64,000 nucleotides of DNA, from assembly GCA_951406725.2 (NCBI GenBank), contig OX597818.1, positions 69,502,001 to 69,566,000 of the forward strand, written 5' to 3'. The stretch comes from Octopus vulgaris (Eukaryota). Positions 40,006 through 52,654 of the stretch are shown here, in pieces. The position numbers and the translations under genes were made by a program. The notes below the pieces were generated by a model, which had not been told where the DNA came from, did no database searches, and worked only from the letters and a program-made list of their open reading frames with translations. Positions within the stretch are counted from its first letter, which is position 1. The number at the start of each line of letters is the position of its first letter.

Positions 40006-41659
40006 GTAAATAAATGAAAGACAGAAGATGGAATATACGAGAATGTATTATTAATCGCAACAATTGTTACAACACATCTAGTATCGACTCGTTGTGTGGG
40101 ACATGCAAAAACTGGTTCAGGAGTATCCGGTGGGGCAGACGTATCTCGTTAGGTGATAAATAAATAAAAATTCTCATTAAAGTGACTGTTCCACAATTCA
40201 ACTTTCTGTTTTGTAATGAGGAAAAAAGCCAGACAGAGGAAAGTTCTTCATATATATATAGAAGATCCAAAAATAAAATTGCAGAAGACAAAAAGAGAAA
40301 TGAACACTTAATCCATCGAGAAAAGTATTGAAAATAACCGTTAACCGATATGGATGTATAAATGCCCTCGGGCAAGTTACATGGCACGAGTACACACGCT
40401 CATACAAGTATTAGCAAAATGTGAGCATACGCACACGCGAGGTTAGGTGCACTCATAATTACAATGCGAGTTAGTTATTTACATACATTTAAATATATAC
40501 ACACATTAATGCAGTATATGGGGTTTAAGACAATATATGGATTCAAGTAATCCATAATATTAGAGTCATCAAAATATTTCTGTCATTTATGACTATATGT
40601 GTGTGAGTGTGTTTGTGTATATATATACACACACACATGCACATATATGTGTATGTGTGTGTGTGTGTGTATCTAAAAATGTATCTTCATTAAGTTTATG
40701 AAATTGTTTTGCAACATTTCTGATGTGCAATCCTGCGTTGGAACAGATGCCATTATATTTCTGAATAGCCATTTGTTTGTTTGTTTTTTTCTTCTTTTTC
40801 TTTCCAGATAAACACATGCACTGTATATTTGTTTACCATTCATTTATTTTTGTTCTTATTTTATCTTACGTCCTTTGTCGTGAAATCTTTCGTCACACAC
40901 CTGTGACCTCTTCAGCAACTCTTCCATCCCACATGTATCCTCCTGTTCTGTTGAGTCCATTCTGTGTCTTTCTATGATGTCTATTGATCTGGTCGCTTGC
41001 TTATCTGTCCAATGCATCTCAGACGTTGCATTAGTTTCTGCTTTCATGTTTTGCAATTTCACTTTCAATTTGACTTTCAAGTGTTTCCTTGGTTTTTTTT
41101 TTGCATTGCAGTGACATTCCCCACTTATTTTTTTTTTACTCTAACCTCTTCACTATTTCACCATATTTATAATAATACCATTATTCACGTTTCCTTCGCC
41201 AGCCACCTGTAAATTCTGTCCTCAAAGATAGACCCACTCCCTCACTGCTTATTACATCTACTCATATTTCTCTGCTAAATCATGGTTAAAGTTCTGCATA
41301 TTCATGTGCAGATGTTTATGGACAATACTTGAGTGCTGTCAGCTTTATTGTTTCAGCTGACCATACGTACGGATCCATTGGCTATCAAGGCAAGAAAACT
41401 TTTCCTGCTATTCAGCTTTTCCTGTCGAAGGAATTGACTGCGCATTGAGAAAGCTCCAGACAAACAGACAGTTGGACCACTCCAAATGCATTATTATATT
41501 CTAACATGGTATTGAATATCCAGTTTCCTATTCACTAATATCAACAGATTTACATAGATAAACTCACTAACATTTATGTGTGTGTGTCTGTTGTCTTTGT
41601 ATGTATATTTATGTATGGATGTGCATATATATATATATATATTGTGTGTATATATATAC

Positions 41660-42177
41660 ACACAAAATGGCTGAGTTCCTTTCGAGCATTTGACCTCATG
41701 GAGGCAAAGTGGTAGAGCTCTTGGGCCACATGGAGGCAAAGGTTCCTTTCAAGTATTGGGCCTCACAGAAGCAAGGTGGCTGAGTTCCTTTCAAATGCGT
41801 CTCACAGAGGTGAGGTTGCTGAGTTCCTTTCAAGCATTAGGCCCCATGCAGGTAAGTGGCCGAGCTCCCTCAAGTGTTGGGCTTCCCAGAGGCAATGACC
41901 AACACCTTTGGCACTATGTCGTGCTTGAGAAGAAGATCCATTAAGCCAAGCAAAATCGCAGTTATGGCAAGAAATGGCACTCATGCCAGTGGCATGTAAA
42001 AGCACCCATTGTACTCCCAGAGTGGTTGGCATTAGGAAGGGCACCCAGCTGTAGAAAACCATACCAAATCAGATTGGAGTCTGGTGCAGCTTTCCAGCAT
42101 GCCTGGTCAGTCAAACCCTCCAACCCTTGCCAGTATGGACAACAGACGTTAGATGATGATGATGATGATAATGATGA
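41660..42177 (+). mobile_element. RTE family C 3' end with internal ~40-bp repeats
   Basis: Repeated GGCTGAGTTCCTTTC units, then GTGGTTGGCATTAGGAAGGGCACCCAGC and a (GAT)n tail. Confidence 0.8.
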
Positions 42178-42187
42178 TAGATATATA

Positions 42188-42242
<55 letters not shown>

Positions 42243-42289
42243 ATATATATGCATATAAGTATGTGTTCATTCCTCACAAGAAAGAAATA

Positions 42290-42515
42290 CTTAGCACAGC
42301 ATTTGTGATGAAGTAGACAAAGTCTTTGAGCAATGTCAACACCACCATATTGCAGGGAAAATGATAACGTTGATATGAACCCCGAAAACAAGACACAACC
42401 TAAGCATTTCCCCTGCCCTATCAGCTGTGGAATTTCTCAATTCAGAATTGGACTGAATAGTCATCTCTCAGCTCAGTAAAGAAGACAATGTCACTATGAA
42501 CCTTGCTGGACAGCT
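42290..42515 (+). mobile_element. RTE-clade 3' end with C-terminal zinc-finger remnant
   Basis: FPCPISCGISQFRIGLNSHL resembles the CxxC...SRIGLxSH motif at the end of RTE ORF2. Confidence 0.55.
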
Positions 42516-42516
42516 A

Positions 42517-43330
<814 letters not shown>

Positions 43331-43950
43331 TACTCGTATGTATGCCTACAGAAATATTGAGATAGGTAGATAGGTTGACAGCTATAGAGACGGGTATCGG
43401 GGCTGTGTTGAATGTTGAAATTAAAACCAAATTTCTGCTTCTGCTGTTAGTCTTCACTGATCTGTGATAATTTAATGAAAATGTCAATGATAAAAGCTTT
43501 CTGACAGAAGAAGAAAGAGAACAAAAAAATGCAGCAAAGAATTCAACAATTCCTTCATCATTTTCCTGAAAGAAACCCTAAACGCTGGAATATAAAATAA
43601 TGTAGTATTGCTTTTATTTGGCACCGGCCAGAATAAATGTAAACCAATATTTTTTCTTTCTTTGTTCTTTTGTATTAGATTTTCCACCCTCTTGTATCTG
43701 CATAAACTAGTAAACAGGCAGATAGATGCTTGGCAATACATGGTGTGTGTATATATATGTATGCTTGTTTGTATATATATATATATATATATACATATAT
43801 TTGTGTGTTTGTGTGTGTGTGTAAATATACATATATATTGCGTCTGTGTGTATGTATGTATGTAGGTATATGCATACATATACATATAAATATATCGATA
43901 TATATAATTATAGATATGTTAACCCACAAATAAAGTATATATATATTTTT

Positions 43951-44008
<58 letters not shown>

Positions 44009-44191
44009 ATATATATATATGTATGCATATATATGTATGTATTTACACACATGCATATATATATATATGTATGTATGTATATACATATATGTATGTATAT
44101 ATATATATATACACACACACTCATACACGTATACAGACATACATACAAACATATGCATACATATACATACACACATATATATGTGTGTATG

Positions 44192-44223
<32 letters not shown>

Positions 44224-44236
44224 TATATACACTAAC

Positions 44237-44279
<43 letters not shown>

Positions 44280-44327
44280 CCACATGCATATCCACATAAA
44301 GTATACATATCTATTTCATTGTGTTAC

Positions 44328-44448
44328 CTCGGCATGTCCTACACTATGAAGCTTCTCTTCCCTGTGCAATTCCCAGCTTGGTGATTTGTTGTATAGATTC
44401 TGCTAAGTATGACAACATAAGCTGTCATTAGTCTGGTAAATTTCTCGC
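44328..44448 (-). other. Candidate 121-nt non-coding exon
   Basis: Pyrimidine-rich acceptor ...TCTACAG| and donor GAG|GTAACA; stops in all three frames. Confidence 0.3.
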
Positions 44449-45547
44449 CTGTAGACTTATATAAATGAAATGGAATGAAATGAAGAAGAAATTGCTGAAA
44501 ATTTCCAATGAATAATAAAACCATGATATCTATCAAACCCAAGGGTGAAGAGACGGAGGGATGATTAGATAATAATGAAAATAGTGATGTATTGTTGGGG
44601 TTTTTTTTATTGTATTTCATTTTTTACTTTATTTAGTTATTTTATATATATTTTATTTTGTATATATTTTTTGTAATTTGTTTGTATCTCTCCTTTTACA
44701 AATGATTCTAAACTGGACCGTTCTGACTTTGCTGTGGGTGCATCGCAGAGAGTTCTTGGAATTGTTTCTTTCTTGATTTAGATTTTTCACTTTTTGATTT
44801 TACCATTCCGTTATCCTCACTTTGTGAGTTTCTTGAACCAACATTTTATGATTTATTTATTTGTTTGTTTTTATTTTTAATTTAATTAAATCTTCAAGTT
44901 CAAAGGTCAGTTAGAAAGTTTCTCATCCTAACTTTTTGTGATTTAGTGATACAACAATAGAGGAAAAAAGTTTTATTCTTCCCAGAAAGTTCAAAACATG
45001 AACAGAAATATGGACTATATTCCTTGTACCCAAAGCAGATTAATCTGTTGAGTAAACTAAAGTGGCACGCATTACCAACGACCAATGGTCATTACTCAAG
45101 CGCTCTGGGTGTCATTGAATCTATTAATAACCTGAACGGATACTTCCAGGTAATCGTATGAAATATATAAATTATCTCTATGTTAGTTGTATCAATTTTG
45201 TTCTTCACTTTGATACACCCTAAGAACTTAACAAAAAATAAATTCACCATGGATAATGAACATCTGATGAAATGGTCATGGCTGGAATACCTTTCATCAT
45301 GGTTTTCTTTGATCAAGGTAGGCTGGGCCAAGTCAACAGTTATTGATATTATCATCATTATCATTGTCATTGCATTTACTGCCAATGACATCATCATAAT
45401 CGTTATCACCATGACCACCAATGCCACCGCATCACCATCATCATCATAATCTTCATCAAATTGATATATGTGAGAGAGAGAGAGAGAGTATAAAGTGCTC
45501 TTTCATAATAGAGAGTATCAACAAAGCAGACCAGTGAAAAATAATTA

Positions 45548-45824
45548 TCATTTAGCATACACACTATTTAAATTTGAGCTACTATTAGTTTCATGCTGTG
45601 AAAACAGGATTGTCAGACAAGCTTATATAGCATGCCATGTATTTTCAAGCAGACATTCAGGCTCATCACTTGTCTTTTTTAATAAAAGACCACCAATGTT
45701 TTGTACTTAGGTTTGAAAGTTTGTGTGAAACACATGGCATGCTACACAAGCTTGCATGACAATCCTGTTTCCACAGTATGAAAGTAACAGTCACTGAAAT
45801 TTAAATAGTGCATATATTAAATGA
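45548..45824. mobile_element. Foldback/palindromic MITE with ~110-bp imperfect inverted arms
   Basis: CACTATTTAAATTT...TTTCATGCTGTGAAAACAGGATTGTCA..CAAGCTT...TAGCATGCCATGT is mirrored at 45730-45824. Confidence 0.8.
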
Positions 45825-45826
45825 CA

Positions 45827-46249
<423 letters not shown>

Positions 46250-46409
46250 TATAGTTATGTATATGTGTATATACACATGTTTGTATGTGTGTGTATGTAT
46301 GTATATGTATATCTATGTCTGCATGTGTATATAATCATATTCCTGAGCGCCATACTAATACATTTGTTTGTTTGTCTTTCGTCTTTTGTCTATTTTCGTA
46401 ATCCTTCCC

Positions 46410-46445
<36 letters not shown>

Positions 46446-46477
46446 TGTATGCGTGTGTGTGTGTATGTATAGGTATA

Positions 46478-46733
46478 TATGGCTAGGGTGTTCAACTCAC
46501 GGTCATAAGGTCATGGTTTCAATCCCTAGAACTTGTGGTGTGTTGTGTTCTTGAGCAAAACCTTTCATCTCACATTGCTCTGCAATCTCTTCGGCACCTG
46601 AAGTTTGGTACACCTGGGTGCACCTGTTCAGACAACGTTGATTCGATGGAGAGAGAGATCTAATGTACAGCACATACATCTGATCACTCTAAGCAAATCA
46701 TTTGTACAGGTCGTTCAGCAAAAAGAGCTGGCA
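46478..46733 (+). mobile_element. SINE family F-related copy
   Basis: tRNA-like head and GTGTTGTGTTCTTGAGCAAAACCTTT core, as at 59442. Confidence 0.65.
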
Positions 46734-47550
46734 TATGTATGTATGTATGTGTGTGTGTATGTATGTATGTATGTATGTATGTATGTATGTATGTATGTGT
46801 GTATGTATGTATGTATGTGTGTGTGTATGTATGTATGTATGTATGTATGTATGTATGTATGTATGTATGTATGTATGTATGTATGTATGTATGTATGTAT
46901 GTATGTATGTATGTATGTATGTATGTATGTATGTGTGTGTATGTATGTATGTATGTGTGTGTATGTATGTATGTATGTATGTATGTATGTATGTGTGTGT
47001 GTATGTATGTATGTATGTATGTATGTATGTATGTGTGTATGTATGTATGTATGTATGTATGTATGTATGTATGCATGTATGTATGTGTGTGCGTGTGCAT
47101 GTATGTGTGTGTGTATGTATGTATATATGTATGTATGAATGTATGTATCTATGTATGCATGCATGTATGTATGCATGTATGTATGTATGTGTGTGTGTAT
47201 GTATGTATGTATGTATGTATGTATGTGTGTGTATGTATGTATGTATGTATGTATGTGTGTGTATATGTATGTATGCATGTATGTGTGTATGTATGTATGT
47301 ATGTATGTATGTAGGTATGTATGTATATATGCATGTATGTATGTATGTATGTATGTATATGTGTGTATATATGTATGTGTGTGTGTATGTATGTATGTAT
47401 GCATGTATGTATGTATGTATATATGTATGTATGTGTGTGTATGTATGTATGTATGTATGCATGTATGTGTGTGTGTATGTATGTATGTATGTATGCATGT
47501 ATGTGTGTGTGTATGTATGTGTGTATGTATGTGTGTATGTATGTATGTAT
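46734..47550. repeat. ~820-bp (TATG)n/(TG)n microsatellite
   Basis: Read directly from the sequence. Confidence 0.97.
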
Positions 47551-48340
47551 CAGTTGTCCCTGTGACACAAGTCAAAGGCCAGGAAGAAATGTAGTATGAT
47601 AATCCATCCAAACAGGTTGTGCAACCATCACCGGACCATCTTAATATAAATGATCTTGTCTGTCTAAAACTCAAGAGATATATGTCCTATCTTCCCAAAG
47701 ACAGGAATATTTAACTTGTAATGGGAACAGGCTGCACAAGATTTAAGATTTTAGTGCGAATAAGATAAAGCCTTGTGCAGAGCCATTACAAGTTGTCTTA
47801 GATTAATAAATCAAAATGATTACTGCTTGTTCAGGTTGAGCCAGTGATGGCTGACATTTGCTGGTAAGCCTTAAGCAATAGGAAATCTTTAATGAGTTAC
47901 CCTGCTGGAGTGGGAGTATCAGGCTATGAGTTCAATATTCTTTTCTTGAATCAGAATGGAAGGCATTGTTAACGATCTTTTATAGGGTCTCTGGAAACGG
48001 GGAAAGGTGTTGAGACAGCAAGGAAGCTAAACTAAAATAAAGAGACTTGACCTGAAGGCTTTCAATGGAATGGACTCTGCTAAATGGCCCCAAGGGGATG
48101 ACAACAAGAGAATCAGCAATATAAATAAGAGAATGGGCAAAATAATAAAAGAATTGGAAATACAATAGGAGATTATGCCAAACAAAGAAGCCCAATAAAA
48201 GAGGCACATCCTAGAAAGTTGAAACGAAAGGGATATGCTACTGACTGTCCACCTGTTAGTAAGAGCTATACATTTACATTATGTACATTATTTACATTAT
48301 TTACATTTGACAGATATTTGTCCTTTTCTTCTTTGTTGTT

Positions 48341-48386
48341 AACACAACGTTTCGGCTGATATACCCTCCAGACTTCATCAGGTGTC
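48341..48386 (-). ncRNA. Minimal type I hammerhead ribozyme
   Basis: GACAC-CUGAUGA-AGUCUG-GAGGGUAUAU-CAGCC-GAAAC-GUU-GUGUU: intact core, stem I GACAC/GUGUU, stem II (GGCUG/CAGCC in the sister arm) and a palindromic loopless stem III. Confidence 0.8.
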
Positions 48387-48524
48387 TTAGGGAAATTTTG
48401 AACCTGGGTTCTCATTCCTAAGGTATTTTTCAACGTTATTATCATCATCATCATCATTATTATTATTATTATTATTATTATGATTATTATTATTATTATT
48501 ATTACTATTATTATTATTATTATT

Positions 48525-49078
48525 GAGTGAGAGAGCAGTTCATGCCATCAAAGTGACACTGGGGTAAAATATACGAAGCCCAATATACCCATCATGACTA
48601 CCCGTCTGATAAAGGTACACCAGGCACATGCATCACAACCATATGTGCGCAACATGGTGATCTCATATCAAGATAAACAGCACATGACCTTGCAGGTGGG
48701 GCACAGTTAGAATTTTCTTCAGGTTGAGTAGCCCATCCCGCTCAAACGGTCCCTGAATAAGGGTTGTTTAAGGATGTTGAAAGAACCACCCATGTTTCCA
48801 GAGGTGAATTATTCAAACCCCAAAGAATCCCTCTCTACACATGGCTATGATGCTCCCCCACTACTTCTGCTCATGATCAGAGATGCACATATCATCAGCC
48901 ACCAAGGGACATGCTCAACTGGTTAAGGTCAAACAACTGACAAGCAAATCTGTGGTATTGAGCAGAATATTTGCTGTAGCCCATCTTTTATACCAAGACA
49001 AAACAATGTACATGATAACACTTCCAATCAGTTAAGATCAGAAGCCATGAGAGCCACTGCCTGGTACTGCATCAGGGC

Positions 49079-49079
<1 letters not shown>
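48525..49079 (-). mobile_element. Family E, apparently complete 555-bp copy inserted in (TAA)n
   Basis: Bounded by (TTA)n on both sides; second copy at 23428-23846. Confidence 0.8.
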
Positions 49080-49141
<62 letters not shown>

Positions 49142-49778
49142 AGTCACTGCTTGGAATCAAACTCAGAATATTGGGGTTAATAGCCCACGCTCTTAACCAT
49201 TACACCATATGTCCATAGGTTCGAAATTTCCCCAACATACCTGACGGAGGCTGGAGGGTATATCAGCCGAAACTTTGTGTTAGCAACAAACAAGATGAGG
49301 ACAAATATCCGTCAAATGTAAATAATGTAAATAATGTGAATAATTCCTCATTTCTTAAATATAGAGTTATACATTTGTCTATCAGTTACACAGCCTCACA
49401 TCAATAAAAAATGGTTATCTATTTATTCTGTGAGAGTGAGTGAGATAAGTAATTGCATATTAGCTAACCACATATCAATGACAATTGCTTCAGCTTATCA
49501 GATTCAATAAATTAACATCTCCAATCACTGACTTGAAATATTGATCTCTGGTGAGAGATTTTTCACTTCACACAATTTTCTTTAATGGCACTGGCATGGC
49601 TGGAAGGCAAAGGCATGGCTGCAGGTTGAAGAAATTCATTTCCCAACCATTTAGCTTCAAGCTCAGTCCCACTGAACAATGCCTTGAGCAAGTTTCTTAT
49701 GGCCTCAGGTCAATCAAAGATGCAAGAGTGAATTTAGTGGATGGTTGGATGGTAACTGAAAAAGTAATCCATCGTGTG

Positions 49779-49834
<56 letters not shown>

Positions 49835-49837
<3 letters not shown>

Positions 49838-50432
49838 TCATCATCATCATTTAACGTCCGTTTTCCATGCTAGCATGGGTTGGACAGTTTAACTGGGGTC
49901 TGTGAAGCCGGAAGGTTTCATAAGGCCCAGTCAGATTTGGCAGTGTTTCTACGGCTGGATGCCCTTCCTAACGCCAACCACTCCGTGAGTGTAGTGGGTG
50001 CTTTTTACATGCCACCTGCACAGGTGCCAGACAGAGCTGGCAAACGGCCATGAACGGATGGTGTTTTTACGTGCCACCGGCACGGGGGCCAGGCGAGGCT
50101 GGCAACGGACACGAACAGATGGTGCTTTTACGTGCTACCGACACGGGGGCCAGGCGAGGCTGGTAACGAACACGAGCGGATGGTGCTTTTACGTGCCAAC
50201 GGCACGGGGGCCAGGCGAGGCTGGCAACGGTCAAACAATCGGATGGTTCGCTTAACCACAGCTGCAATTTCCACTGATGTTGATTTGGTTTGATTTTGAC
50301 TGTTCTCACTGGTCTTGCCGGGTCTTCTCACGCACAGCAGACTTCCATAGGTCTCAGTCTCTAGTCATTTCCTTGGTGAGACCTAAAGTTCGAAGGTCGT
50401 GCTTCACCACCTCGTCCCAGGTTTTCCTGGGT
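49835..50432 (-). mobile_element. Young RTE family C 3' end with about four ~60-bp tandem units in the UTR
   Basis: Unit GGATGGTGCTTTTACGTGCCACCGGCACGGGGGCCAGGCGAGGCTGGCAACGG at ~49995-50250; CpGs retained; (TA)n on both flanks. Confidence 0.9.
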
Positions 50433-50459
50433 CTATATATATATATTTATATATAAATA

Positions 50460-50731
50460 AATGAAAGAATGGAGTTGAACAACGATTTAACAAAATTCCT
50501 TTATTCTCGACATATCTTTCAAAGACAGCATATTCCTAATTCCGAAGGAATAAAGGGTGCATTATGCCGCCTTCTCATCAGGAAAGACAAGGAACCTATG
50601 TCAGCATCATGACATTATCACTATGGACTCCGTGTGGGCAGTCATCTAAAAGTTTTTGTTCGTCATGATGCTGACATAAGTTCCTTGTCTTTCCTGATGA
50701 GAAGGCGGCATAATGCACCCTTTATTCCTTC
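50460..50731. mobile_element. Family H3 inverted-arm Penelope-like terminal structure with HHR
   Basis: 70-bp inverted arms 50544-50613 / 50662-50731 with one mismatch and a 48-bp spacer; HHR on the minus strand at 50505-50585. Confidence 0.75.
50505..50585 (-). ncRNA. Type I hammerhead ribozyme motif with extended stem II (slightly decayed)
   Basis: UUUC-CUGAUGA-GAAGGCGGCAUA...UAUGCUGUCUUU-GAAA-GAUAU-GUC-GAGA: 12-bp stem II. Stem III is one change from the palindrome ACAUAUGU. Confidence 0.65.
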
Positions 50732-50914
50732 AGAAATTTTTTTAGTTGGGGAGCAATTTGTGGCTTGACAGAGGCAGGACAGAGGTAGAGCTTTTGAACT
50801 GACCAGCTTAAACATTGCAGACTAATTGACATACAGCCACACAGTACACGTACATACCTGCACACATGCGCACACACACACACATCTGTATACACATATA
50901 TTCAGATCCACATA

Positions 50915-52192
50915 TTGGGTTGAGGAATAATTCATGAGCATTTTATTACAAATTTAAAAATGCACACAGAAATAAAACACATTGGCAAAATGTTTTATGT
51001 TATTTAAAAGAGAATTTCTTGCTCTACAAGACAGTGTCTTTTGATTTTTAATTTTTACTGATTTTTGTCTATTTTCAGATCATTAAAAGGGAATGTCAAG
51101 TGGACAAAACTGAGTATTTTTGACTCCATTTGCTTTTTGTATCTAATCGAGGTGTTAAGGCCACTGAAGCTGTTCATGAGATTCATGTTGTGTATGGAGA
51201 AGGAGCAATACCTTAAAATACCATCTGCTGTTGGTTTCCATGCTTCAAAAAGGGGAATCTTGACCTCAAGCACGGATCACACACTGGCTGGCCAACTGAG
51301 TTCAATGAAGAGTCATTGAATCAACTTCTTCAGGAAAAATCACATCAAACGACCAGGGGATTGGTGGAGCAGATGGAGTTTGATAAAAAAAAACTGTGCT
51401 GAACCACGTTCACTCAATGGGCAAGGTTCAGAAACATGGAGATTGGGTGCCACACACTTTGAGCAAGAACAACAAAAATCAATGCTCCACAATCGTTGCC
51501 AGTTGGCTCACACGACATCGCTCAACACATGGTCACAAACAGCATTTTCTTTACAACATTGTCACTGGCAATGAATATTGGTGCCTTTACATCAATATGA
51601 AGCAGCAAAAAGAATGGCTCAGCCCCGACAAACCAGCAACTCCGGGAGCAAAACAAGACCTTCATCATTGAAATACCATGTTGTATGTATGGTTGGACTG
51701 AGAAGGCATAATTCATTATGAACTGCTTGAGCACAGCGAAACACTCAATGTGAAGTTATACATTCAACAACTGCACCAACTCAACAAAGTAATTCAGCAA
51801 AAAAGACCGAATAGGTGAAATGGAATTCTTCTGCAGCACAACAATGCCTGTCCTCAATATGACCAAAGCTGCAATTCAAGAACTCGAATGAGAAGTGTCG
51901 CCTCATCCTCCATACTCTCTAAACTTGGCTCCGTCAGATTTTCATCTCTTTCAACTGCTTTCGAATGTCTTGTGTGTATATCATTCAATAATGATGTAGA
52001 ATTGGGGACTTGGTTGGACGAATTCTTTGAGTCAGGACCAGGAAATTTCTATTGCTGACGCATCAAAAACTTATTGAATGATGAGAGGAAGTCATAAACA
52101 ACAGCAGAGAGTATATTATTGATTAATTTGTTGTAGTTTTTTTGTTTAAAATAAATTTGAAAAGATCACTCTTGAATTATTCCTCAGCCCGA
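50915..52192 (+). mobile_element. Full-length mariner fossil (1278 bp), transposase pseudogene
   Basis: TIRs TTGGGTTGAGGAATAATTCATGAG / CTCTTGAATTATTCCTCAGCCCGA with TA on both sides. Motifs GDWVPHTLS, VTGNEYWCLYIN and HPPYSLNLAPSDFHLF; many stops. Confidence 0.92.
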
Positions 52193-52227
52193 TAATTATA
52201 TATTATATACGTGTCTATGTTTATGTG

Positions 52228-52273
<46 letters not shown>

Positions 52274-52515
52274 GATATAGATATATATATATATACATAC
52301 ACAATACATACACACATATATATATTTATATATGTAAATATGTATGTATATATACATGTGCACACACGCTCTTTCTGTCTGTCTACCACTCTCTATCTCT
52401 CTCTTTCTCTCTCCCACGTACACACACACATACGAATAGAAGCAGAAAAGACAAACAAATGTAGTCATAAGGCATGTATTCTCATTGAAAGTTGTAGATA
52501 CAAATAAAGTTTAAT

Positions 52516-52654
52516 CTTTACAGCTGTTTCAGATAATTGATTACTGGTGCCATAACAATGTATATTACACAACCAGATCCATTAACGTAGGTTGGTTGGC
52601 TTGCATGAATTTTGAAAGATATATGGTGTGAAGTCGTGTCATCTTCATCAGAAG
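52516..52654 (-). ncRNA. Type I hammerhead ribozyme motif with ~100-nt loop II (family H4)
   Basis: CUU-CUGAUGA-AGAUGA-(102 nt)-UUAUCU-GAAAC-AGCU-GUA-AAG, with a palindromic stem III ACAGCUGU and AUUAAA just downstream. Confidence 0.55.

Larger units (their letters stand above)
48265..49370 (-). mobile_element. Family H1: tRNA-head + (AAT)n + hammerhead SINE-like element with inverted terminal arm; hosts a family E insertion
   Basis: Minus strand reads tRNA-like head (49214-49138; TGGTGTAATGG, GAGTTTGATTCC), (AAT)n, linker, HHR and (AATGTAAAT)n end. The inverted arm at 49217-49365 carries the tail. Flanks are AGAGCTATACATTT / AGAGTTATACATTT. Confidence 0.8.

Noticed and set aside
46605-47674. 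Long ORFs of 138-319 aa (MYVC/HTYI repeats)
   Set aside because: These are translations of the (TATG)n microsatellite. The same applies to the YI/HT/poly-residue ORFs at 7.8, 24, 35, 43-44 and 63 kb.
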